Of a stretch of 29,492 nucleotides of DNA, positions 18,725 to 26,259 are shown one piece after another. The notes under the pieces were generated by a model. The model was not told the DNA's origin. It did not search any database and saw only the letters and a list, made by a program, of their open reading frames with translations. Location of the stretch: the NCBI GenBank assembly GCA_033762115.1, contig JANRLX010000028.1:1-29492 (forward strand), in the 5' to 3' direction. The DNA is from Verrucomicrobiota bacterium. GTDB taxonomy: Bacteria; Verrucomicrobiota; Verrucomicrobiia; Limisphaerales; SXQI01. Position numbers and translations under genes: made by a program. Position 1 is the stretch's first letter. Every line of letters starts with the position of its first letter.

Positions 18725-20029
18725 TCATACAGCCACGGCCTCGCTTCGTTTTACGGAAGCAAACGCCTGAAGGGTCTGTTCGGCAAGAGAATGCAATGAG
18801 AAATGCCCCTCGACAGCAGCACGGGCATTCCGGGCCAGCTGCTGCCGTTTCGGTTCATCAAGAAGCAATTCCTCGATTTTGAGCGCCAGTGATTCAGGGC
18901 TGCCGGGATCGCAAAGCAAACCGGACTTCGCGTGGGAGATCAATTCCGGGAAGGCAGCGGTGGCAGGTTGAACAACCGGAACGCCTGCCGCCCACGCTTC
19001 CAATAAATAAAGACCAAACGCTTCCCCATAAAGCGCCGGGACTGACATCACCGACAACGATTTGAAAAAGGACTGTTTTTCCTTTTTATCCAGGTTGGGG
19101 AAAAATTCCACTTCACCGGTTAGTCCTTCTGCGGCAATCCATTGCTTGATCGCCGCAACGACAGGTTCATCGCTTGGGCCCATGCCGCCGCCGATCCGAA
19201 GCTTTAACCCGGGCACCTTGTTCCGTTTGCGCAGGAGAATGAACGCTTTGACAACCGTGTCGACACCTTTTTCCCGGCACATCCGGGCAAAATAACCAAG
19301 CACCGGGGTGGTCGATGGAACTGTGGCGGGAGTGTAGGCGGAGGGGTCAATTCCATTATGGATCACCCGCACTTTGGCCGGGTCCAGCTTCAAACGGGCG
19401 CTCATCCGCTGGGCAAAATAAACGCTGGGAGCGATGAACAGGTCAATTTCCTGTGCCCGTTCTGAAAGCACCGTCCAGGTGCGTTCACGATGGGTCGGCT
19501 TCAATGCATCAAGGAAATAATCCTCACCCTGCAGGGTGCAGATGACCGGGACATTTAATTTTTGCTTCAGGCCCCTGGCCACCCCAACCAGCAGGGCATT
19601 GGAAAGGCAAATCAGGTCGGCCTTGCCATATTCCTTCAACCAACCGGCCAGTTCCTCCACTTCACGGGCCTGGTTGCCTTCCTCGCCACGCAACATCGAA
19701 AGGGTCAATTCACCAAGTTCATCAGCGCGGGTCTTGGCCGCCCTGCCCGCGGCCAGCTTGAGCAGGCCGGGGGACCGGAACATTCCATGGAGCCAATGGG
19801 GCATCCTGGAAAAGAGCGGGGAAAGCTGCTCAAGGTAAACGTTGATCCCGCTGAAAAAAATCGGGGTGCCGCTGCTTTGGTCCGCATCTTCCAGGGTCAT
19901 TGGAAGATAGAGCGGGATCATCATGGTCTCATGACCCATCGCGCGCAATTCAGAGACAAGAGCGTTGTCACGAAAACAATTTCCGCAATACATCCCACCG
20001 GCGCCGGGAGTGATCTGGACGATGTTCAT
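18725..20029 (-). CDS. Glycosyltransferase family 4 (GT-B) with an N-terminal CxxC
   Basis: VIHNGID, ARMCREKG and the E-x7-E motif EAFGLYLLEA. The N-terminus is MNIVQITPGAGGMYCGNCFRD. ATG 20029 avoids overlap with the upstream gene. Confidence 0.9.
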   Translation of the reverse strand: MNIVQITPGAGGMYCGNCFRDNALVSELRAMGHETMMIPLYLPMTLEDADQSSGTPIFFSGINVYLEQLSPLFSRMPHWLHGMFRSPGLLKLAAGRAAKTRADELGELTLSMLRGEEGNQAREVEELAGWLKEYGKADLICLSNALLVGVARGLKQKLNVPVICTLQGEDYFLDALKPTHRERTWTVLSERAQEIDLFIAPSVYFAQRMSARLKLDPAKVRVIHNGIDPSAYTPATVPSTTPVLGYFARMCREKGVDTVVKAFILLRKRNKVPGLKLRIGGGMGPSDEPVVAAIKQWIAAEGLTGEVEFFPNLDKKEKQSFFKSLSVMSVPALYGEAFGLYLLEAWAAGVPVVQPATAAFPELISHAKSGLLCDPGSPESLALKIEELLLDEPKRQQLARNARAAVEGHFSLHSLAEQTLQAFASVKRSEAVAV

Positions 20030-20042
20030 CAGGGGGATGAAA

Positions 20043-21323
20043 TCATGCAGCAACCGCCGAGACAAGTTCCGCTCCCAGATATGGTTTGCCATAAGGCAAT
20101 GGCGCAGGAACGGGCGCAAACTCGGCAATGGCCGCGAACAACCGGGAAAAATCCTTGTTCACATCCCCTGAGAGACAATCAGTGACATCCCCGGCCAGGT
20201 CAGGATATTTATCAGTCAAGGTCCTGAAGCTGAAATCCTGGTCGTAAAATGCGTAAACGAGTTTTCGCATGTTCTCGATTCCTTCACGGAGGACCGCGCC
20301 GTAATTTTCAAATCGGGCTGGTGAAAAATCATTGGCTGCGAGCGCCTCGTTGACCGCGTCCCCAGCCAGCACGCCGCTCTTTAACGCAAGCATCAACCCG
20401 GAGGAAAAGACAGGATCAAGAAAACAGAAGGCATCTCCTGCAAGGAGCAGCCCTTCGGAAGCGCAATAACGGGAATGATAGGAATATTCCCCTGTAATAT
20501 AATGCTGGCCGAACTGTTCCCCTGCATCGAGATGTTTTTTGATCCAGGCATTCTGCCCGATCTCACGCTCAAAAATGGCTTTCGGATCTTTCACCCCGTC
20601 GCGCGAAAGATATTTCCCTTCAGCAACAACCCCGACACTGACGACATCGTTGTGCAACGGGATGTACCAAAACCAGCCCTTCTCAGGCACAAACGCCACC
20701 GTGGTGCCCCCTTCATCAATACCGGGATCGCGCAACGCCCCTCTGTAATAAGTCCATACGGCCACCTTATTCAGCATGGGATCCCCTGCACGCCAGCTGT
20801 TCCTCAGCGCGGCAAAAGCATCACGACCAGAGCAATCGATGGTGATCGGCGCGCGAAACTCCAGCTTTTCACCTTTTGTATTCCGTGCGCGCAGGCCGAT
20901 GACCGCTTCGCCATCACGGACCAGCTCTGTCACAGTGGTTTCCTCACGGACAGCAGCCCCCTTTTCACGGGCATTGTTTAACAGAAGCAGATCGAATTCC
21001 GAACGAAGCACCTGCCAGGTTTGGGCCACATCCTTTTCGTAACGGTTGAAAAAATAAAACGGCTGGGACGCCTTGCCCGAGGGGGAGACGAATTGCACGC
21101 TATACTTTTTGACGAACGCGGAGCTGCGCATCCTGTCGATCAGGCCGAGTCGTTGCAGAGGGTAGTAAGTAAAGGGAAGGAGCGATTCTCCAATGTGATA
21201 ACGAGGAAATTTTTCCCGTTCCAGGATCAGGACACGCCTTCCCTGCTCGGCGAGGACCGTCCCGGCAGCGGCACCTGCAGGACCGCCTCCAATGATCAAT
21301 GCGTCATATTGTTCGATACTCAT
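20043..21323 (-). CDS. FAD-dependent oxidoreductase of the flavin-dependent halogenase type (PltA/CndH-like)
   Basis: GGGPAG, FPRYHIGESL, FVKKY (Lys72/73), WFWYIP and GDAFCFLDPVFSSG. Confidence 0.85.
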   Translation of the reverse strand: MSIEQYDALIIGGGPAGAAAGTVLAEQGRRVLILEREKFPRYHIGESLLPFTYYPLQRLGLIDRMRSSAFVKKYSVQFVSPSGKASQPFYFFNRYEKDVAQTWQVLRSEFDLLLLNNAREKGAAVREETTVTELVRDGEAVIGLRARNTKGEKLEFRAPITIDCSGRDAFAALRNSWRAGDPMLNKVAVWTYYRGALRDPGIDEGGTTVAFVPEKGWFWYIPLHNDVVSVGVVAEGKYLSRDGVKDPKAIFEREIGQNAWIKKHLDAGEQFGQHYITGEYSYHSRYCASEGLLLAGDAFCFLDPVFSSGLMLALKSGVLAGDAVNEALAANDFSPARFENYGAVLREGIENMRKLVYAFYDQDFSFRTLTDKYPDLAGDVTDCLSGDVNKDFSRLFAAIAEFAPVPAPLPYGKPYLGAELVSAVAA

Positions 21324-21895
21324 AAAGCGGGTGGAAGAATTTCAACAATTTCTGCGATGGGCCTCATCTCCTCACTAAAAAGCGTGTTGCGGCGACCGTA
21401 CAGTTCGGCGGCAATGGGACAGCCAAGCAGGGCGCTGATGAATTCATCCGCGCGGACACTGAAATAACCTTTCGGTTTCGAGGAATGAATCACCTTGTAT
21501 TTTGCGAGGACATTACCGAACGGCATCAACTCGGAAACCACTTCCTTTTGCGCAGGAAGCGGCAGGGAGTTCAGGTTGATTTTTATGGCGCCAAATTCGA
21601 TCGGTTGGGCCTCGTTCGGATTGGCCGAGGAAAAGAGCAGGACCTCCCGGTAATAAAAGCCACCCCGCTTCTGCCGGGAAAGGACCTTGAGCCGGACCTG
21701 TGACTGGTAATGCTCCTCCAGTGTGGGAGTCATGTCCCGTTCATGCACCAGGAGCGCACGATACGGCTGCGGCACTCCCGATTCGCTCAGTAGTTTCACA
21801 TCCGGAAGCGGTCGGCTGGCCTGGGAATAAAAATCATCCAGCGGGTGAAGCATCGGATTCACCTGCGCGGTTGCCATTGGAATTCCTGGTGCCAT
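21320..21895 (-). CDS. Chorismate pyruvate-lyase (UbiC)-fold protein
   Basis: Motifs are collinear with E. coli UbiC as I recall it: LL..RDMTPTLE ~ LL.EDSMTKRFE, REVLL ~ REILL, PFGNVL ~ PLGRYL, LYGRRNTL ~ LWGRRSRL, IVEILP ~ LTELFLP. Confidence 0.7.
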   Translation of the reverse strand: MAPGIPMATAQVNPMLHPLDDFYSQASRPLPDVKLLSESGVPQPYRALLVHERDMTPTLEEHYQSQVRLKVLSRQKRGGFYYREVLLFSSANPNEAQPIEFGAIKINLNSLPLPAQKEVVSELMPFGNVLAKYKVIHSSKPKGYFSVRADEFISALLGCPIAAELYGRRNTLFSEEMRPIAEIVEILPPAL

Positions 21896-21898
21896 GAA

Positions 21899-23242
21899 TC
21901 AGGCGTAACGCGTGTTATTATGCTGCGGCAGGAAAAATTCATGCAGCAGACGGTCCACCTGCAAAAGGCCTTCGCGATTCAGGCGAATCCGGTCCCCTTC
22001 GATCGTCAGGTAACCCCACTCCTTTAATGTCTGGAGCGGCCGCGCAAATTGCTCAAACACCCGGGCGGCAAATTTCTCATCAAAATACCTGGCGCTGACT
22101 TCACCGAGCTTCAGCTGGAGAATGAATTCACGGATCAACCGTTCTTCGTTGGTCGGGGTCAGGGCGCGGAAAACCGGGAGTTGGCCGGCATCCAATGCCG
22201 TGACGTACGGATCGAAATCATGCTGGTTCTGGTAATGAGTGCCGTTGATATGGCCGAACGAGGCAACGCCCAGCGAAAGAAGGTCTGCACCGGCCCACAA
22301 TTTATCACGATAAACGAATTTGGTATTGGCTTTGTTTTTTACAGCGGTATAGGCGCTGCCAATTGTGTAACCCGCTTTCTCAAATTCAGAGAATGCCTCG
22401 GCTACCCAACCACGCTTGGTTTCCCAGTCAGCCACGGGAGCCACAAGTTTCCCCTCCGCCTTCATTTGCTTGTAGATGGTCGTGTTATAGGGAACCTCCA
22501 TCTGGTAAATCGTGATACTGTCGGGACTCATCTCGATGGTTTTGCGGATGTTCTCCCGCCAATTCTCTTCTGTTTCCTCGACCATTCCCGCAATCAAATC
22601 GATGTTGATCTGCGGAAAGTTCAATTCCCTGGCGTAGCGATAAGCACGTTCAATTTCCTTGCTGTGATGTGCACGGCCATTGATCTCAAGGATCTGATCG
22701 TTAAAATTTTCCACTCCCAGGCTCAGGCGGGTCACCCCCATTTCGCGTATGGCCTTTAACTTGTGATCGGTCAGGGTGCCAGGCTCGCATTCAAAAGTGA
22801 CTTCCTCGACTTCATCCCATGGCAAAAAGCTTTTCATCCCATCTGTCAGTTGCTTCAACTGGTCCACAGAAAGGTAGGAGGGAGTTCCACCACCGAAATA
22901 AATAAAGGAAGGTTTGCGACCTCCAATAAACGGTTTGGAAGCGTAAAGAGAAAATTCCTTCAACGCCGCCTGGATATATCCACGAATGGCCGCTGAGTCT
23001 TTATCCGTATAAACGCGAAAATAGCAGAAGTGGCAGCGTTTGCGACAAAACGGAATGTGCAGGTAAATGCCAAGAGGAGTGCCGGGACGAGGTGCGGTTT
23101 CAAGCGCAGTATAAAACTCAGGCAATGACTCCTGCTTCCAAAACGAAAAGGGCGGGTAGTTGGAAACAAAATAATTTCCAGCGGTCGTTTGTTTCTCAAT
23201 TACGGGGGCGACCCGCTTCTCTGGAACTGTTGCTGCGCTCAT
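21899..23242 (-). CDS. HemN-fold (class C-like) radical SAM enzyme
   Basis: YLHIPFCRKRCHFCYF (CxxxCxxC), YFGGGTPS, TFECEP, RLSLGVE, NIDLIAG and a HemN_C-like tail. Confidence 0.9.
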   Translation of the reverse strand: MSAATVPEKRVAPVIEKQTTAGNYFVSNYPPFSFWKQESLPEFYTALETAPRPGTPLGIYLHIPFCRKRCHFCYFRVYTDKDSAAIRGYIQAALKEFSLYASKPFIGGRKPSFIYFGGGTPSYLSVDQLKQLTDGMKSFLPWDEVEEVTFECEPGTLTDHKLKAIREMGVTRLSLGVENFNDQILEINGRAHHSKEIERAYRYARELNFPQINIDLIAGMVEETEENWRENIRKTIEMSPDSITIYQMEVPYNTTIYKQMKAEGKLVAPVADWETKRGWVAEAFSEFEKAGYTIGSAYTAVKNKANTKFVYRDKLWAGADLLSLGVASFGHINGTHYQNQHDFDPYVTALDAGQLPVFRALTPTNEERLIREFILQLKLGEVSARYFDEKFAARVFEQFARPLQTLKEWGYLTIEGDRIRLNREGLLQVDRLLHEFFLPQHNNTRYA

Positions 23243-24369
23243 TTTGATTCTTTTTGCCCGAAGGCGTAAACGTTTCCATCCTCGGAACCAATGACGACCG
23301 TGCCGTGACTGACCGCTGGCGAACTCGTCAACGGCTGGCCAATTTCATAGCTCCAAATTTCCGATCCATCCTTTAATGAGACGAGGTACAAGCGTCCATC
23401 TTCAGATCCAACGACGATTTTTTCTCCACAAATCACCGGGGAACTGTCCACCTTCCCACGGGTGGCAAATGCCCAAAGCTCGCGACCGGTCTCCCGGTCC
23501 AGACAATGAAGCCGTTTATCCCGTCCGCCAAAAACCACCTTGTCCCGGGTCAGCGCAGGTGATGAAAAGTAGGGAAAGTTTCTGTCCCGGAATTTCCAGA
23601 GGATTTTTCCTGCTGCAATATCGAAGCAAAGAAACTCATTCTCATAATGTCCAATGTAGATTTTCCCATCTGAATAGGCACCTGAGCCAGCGATATAAGC
23701 CCCTGCATCAATCTCCTTGAGTTTCTCCCCCTTGGCGAGACCGATCACATGCAGCAGGGCATCACACCCGCCGAAAATGGTTTGCCCCTCGTCAATGACC
23801 GGAGTGCCGTTGATGTAATTGCCCGTTTCATAAGTCCAGACTCCCTTGCCTGTCCCCGCTTCCACGCAATGCAACTTGTAATCATATCCGCCCACAATAA
23901 TCCAAAGCCCCCCAGCCTCCGGACGATAGAAATTTGGAGAGCTGAGAATTTTGTCCTCAGTTTTGTACTTCCAGAGCAGTGAACCATCCGTGGCATTCAA
24001 GGCGTAAAGATAACCATCGGTGGACCCAAAAAAGAGCTGGTTACTTAAGACCAGCGGGGAGGATTCAATCGGTCCCTCGGTTTTAAACAGCCAGTTTGTC
24101 CTGCCCGTCTTCAGGTTAAGGCAATGAAGAAACCCATCATCTGAACCGATGTAAACAGTTCCCTGCACAATGGCGGCGGAAGATTTCACCGGACCGGCGG
24201 TTTTGTAGCTCCAGAGCAGCTGCGGTTTGTCCGGGATGTTCTCCTCGGAAAAACCGGTCAGGTTCGGCTGGCCACGAAACATGGGCCAGTCCGCCGCGTT
24301 AAGGGAATGAAGAAAGCAAAGTGCCGCGATCAGAGGCAGGACCGAGAGAATGTGACGGACACCATTCAT
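23239..24369 (-). CDS. Secreted PQQ-like (BamB-type repeat) beta-propeller protein
   Basis: Sec signal ending LNA-ADWPMFRG, then about 8 repeats of SSP....VY.GS.DG.L..L....G...W. Confidence 0.88.
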   Translation of the reverse strand: MNGVRHILSVLPLIAALCFLHSLNAADWPMFRGQPNLTGFSEENIPDKPQLLWSYKTAGPVKSSAAIVQGTVYIGSDDGFLHCLNLKTGRTNWLFKTEGPIESSPLVLSNQLFFGSTDGYLYALNATDGSLLWKYKTEDKILSSPNFYRPEAGGLWIIVGGYDYKLHCVEAGTGKGVWTYETGNYINGTPVIDEGQTIFGGCDALLHVIGLAKGEKLKEIDAGAYIAGSGAYSDGKIYIGHYENEFLCFDIAAGKILWKFRDRNFPYFSSPALTRDKVVFGGRDKRLHCLDRETGRELWAFATRGKVDSSPVICGEKIVVGSEDGRLYLVSLKDGSEIWSYEIGQPLTSSPAVSHGTVVIGSEDGNVYAFGQKESK

Positions 24370-24442
24370 GAAACACCCGCGCCGCAGGACGAACGCTACG
24401 GCACATGAGGGGAAGGTCGCTCAGGGCGCGAAGGGATGCAAG

Positions 24443-24470
24443 AAAATTAATACCTATACGTATTAAATTT
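24443..24470. promoter_or_regulatory. AT-rich inverted repeat upstream of the propeller/radical SAM operon (operator or weak terminator)
   Basis: AAAATTAATAC-N6-GTATTAAATTT, 10 of 11 positions paired, adjacent to a minus-strand TTGCAT. Confidence 0.45.
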
Positions 24471-24484
24471 CAGGACCGCGCAGA

Positions 24485-26206
24485 TCACTTCTTCAAGGTG
24501 TTTTCAAGTTCGGCATTGGGGGCATGCCCCCCAGCCAATGCCTTTTCGTAATGAAAACGTGCCAGTTCCAGATAGGGAGGCTTTTGCGTGGCGTAAATTA
24601 CTGCAAGATTATGATGTGCGCTGGGATACCCAGGGGCGATCTCCAGGGCTTTTCGCAAGGCCGCTTCAGCGGCGCTGCGCTGCCCCTTCTGACTGAGGGT
24701 AATCCCAAGATAATTCTGGGCTTCCGGATTTTTGGCATTCAACTGCACCGACCGGCTTAATGCATCCAGGGCGTCATCATACTTTTCCTGTCGGAAACGA
24801 AGAATTCCCATCAGGGAAAGAATTTTGGCATCTTCAGGATCAGCGGCAAGGGCCTTGGAAAGTGTGGCTTCCGCTTCAGAAAGTTTTTCCTGTTCCAGTT
24901 GCACAACCGCCAGATTACCCAGGGCAAAGACATTGTTCTCATCCATGCGCAGCACCTGCCCATATTTTTCAGCAGCAACATCAAATCGCTTGTTGGAAAA
25001 AGCGCGTTGCGCTTCGGCAAGGATCAGACCTGCACCGGGAGGCAATTCGCGAGTTCCCTTTTTCGCGGTGGTGTTGGCCGGAGGGGTGGCAGCCACTTCC
25101 GCCTGGGGAGCTTTCATGAGGGCAAGCTCTTCGCTGGTGTAAGGGGATTTTCTTGCCTCCAGAGCTTCAAGGCGGGCGCGGAGCACAGCGATCTGGTTGG
25201 CCGTGCGAGTGGCCTGGGTGTTACCCGATTTTTGACGCACCTGGTAAAGCTCATCACGCGCTTCGGCCAACTGCAGCAACAAATCGTCCCGCTCCTTCTG
25301 CAATTGTTTGGTCTGGGAATCCGCATTATCGGGCACTGTTGTCGGCGGAGGGGGAGGACGTTGCGCGTTCAATTGTCGAAGGGAGGCCTGCAACGCCTCC
25401 ACCGCCAGGGCATTGGTCCGCGCTCCTTCACGGGCGGCTGCGAGTTCCCGCTCCAACGCTGCCGAATCTTTGGTTTGCGCCAGCTTTTCCTTCAGCTGCG
25501 TGTTTTCGGTGCGAATTTTTTCTATCAATTCAGCTTCGCGACGGAGCGCATTAATTGTGGCTTCCTTTGCGGCGAGTTCTTTTTGTAAATTTTGCAATGC
25601 TTCCGCCTGGGAAGCGCGGGTAGTCGCAGCCTGCTCTTTTTCAAGGGCGACCTTGAGCAGCTCGCGGTCTTTTTCAAGCGCCTTGATCCGTTCTTCGGCC
25701 TGAGCCAGCTGCGCCGGATCGAGTGTTGCCGGTTGCGGGGAGAGCGCTTCCTGAAGTTTCGCTTGCAGCACCGCATTCTCCTGCTGCAAACGGGCGATCA
25801 CCCCTTTCAACATTTCAGGACTTTCGGGGTTTGGGACGACCGGAGCAGGTTCTGCCGGGGTCACAGGAGCTGTCGGCTTCTCCGGCGGCTGTACTGGTGG
25901 AGCAGGTGTGGTTGAGGGCTGAGCAGCAGGTTTGGTCGTTTCAAGCCCCAGTTTTTCCTCCACGTAGGAGAGACGAAACTGCACGACTTTGCTGTTCCAG
26001 TTCGGGTAAATGGATTTCAGTTTTTTGAGTTCCGCCTGCGCCTCCTCAAGGCGGGTTCTTGCAAGATCAGATTGGCCGGAGCCCTGAAGTCGATCAGCTT
26101 CCTGGATCAGTTCGTAGGCATTTAAGTAACGCTCATCCGGGGTGCCCTGAGCGAAAAGTGGGCAGCACACGGCCGCGAATAAAAGACCAGCCAAAAACAA
26201 ACGCAT
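24485..26206 (-). CDS. Secreted coiled-coil plus tetratricopeptide-repeat protein
   Basis: Signal peptide MRLFLAG...LFA-Q, Pro/Ala linkers, long E/K/L/A heptads and C-terminal TPRs (ALGNLA, AQNYLG, AHHNLA). Confidence 0.85.
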   Translation of the reverse strand: MRLFLAGLLFAAVCCPLFAQGTPDERYLNAYELIQEADRLQGSGQSDLARTRLEEAQAELKKLKSIYPNWNSKVVQFRLSYVEEKLGLETTKPAAQPSTTPAPPVQPPEKPTAPVTPAEPAPVVPNPESPEMLKGVIARLQQENAVLQAKLQEALSPQPATLDPAQLAQAEERIKALEKDRELLKVALEKEQAATTRASQAEALQNLQKELAAKEATINALRREAELIEKIRTENTQLKEKLAQTKDSAALERELAAAREGARTNALAVEALQASLRQLNAQRPPPPPTTVPDNADSQTKQLQKERDDLLLQLAEARDELYQVRQKSGNTQATRTANQIAVLRARLEALEARKSPYTSEELALMKAPQAEVAATPPANTTAKKGTRELPPGAGLILAEAQRAFSNKRFDVAAEKYGQVLRMDENNVFALGNLAVVQLEQEKLSEAEATLSKALAADPEDAKILSLMGILRFRQEKYDDALDALSRSVQLNAKNPEAQNYLGITLSQKGQRSAAEAALRKALEIAPGYPSAHHNLAVIYATQKPPYLELARFHYEKALAGGHAPNAELENTLKK

Positions 26207-26213
26207 AAAAGGC

Positions 26214-26243
26214 ACTATAGAAGAACCGCAAACCGCTTTGCAA
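26214..26243 (-). promoter_or_regulatory. Candidate sigma-70 promoter giving a leaderless TPR-gene mRNA
   Basis: Minus strand TTGCAA-N18-TATAGT-N7-ATG(26206). Confidence 0.45.
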
Positions 26244-26259
26244 TGGGGATCACTGGGGA

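Noticed and set aside
20030..20128. Track N-terminal extensions implying gene overlaps (GT4 to 20128; also 11199, 26263, 27961 and 27975)
   Set aside because: Downstream ATGs give family-typical N-termini and remove the overlaps.
21899..23242. Naming the radical SAM gene hemN or hemW
   Set aside because: It lacks PRYTSYP and HNxxYW, and there is no heme-pathway context.
23239..24369. Naming the propeller bamB, or treating its repeats as a DNA repeat array
   Set aside because: No lipobox or bamB synteny; the repeats are degenerate protein-level blades, not a CRISPR-like array.
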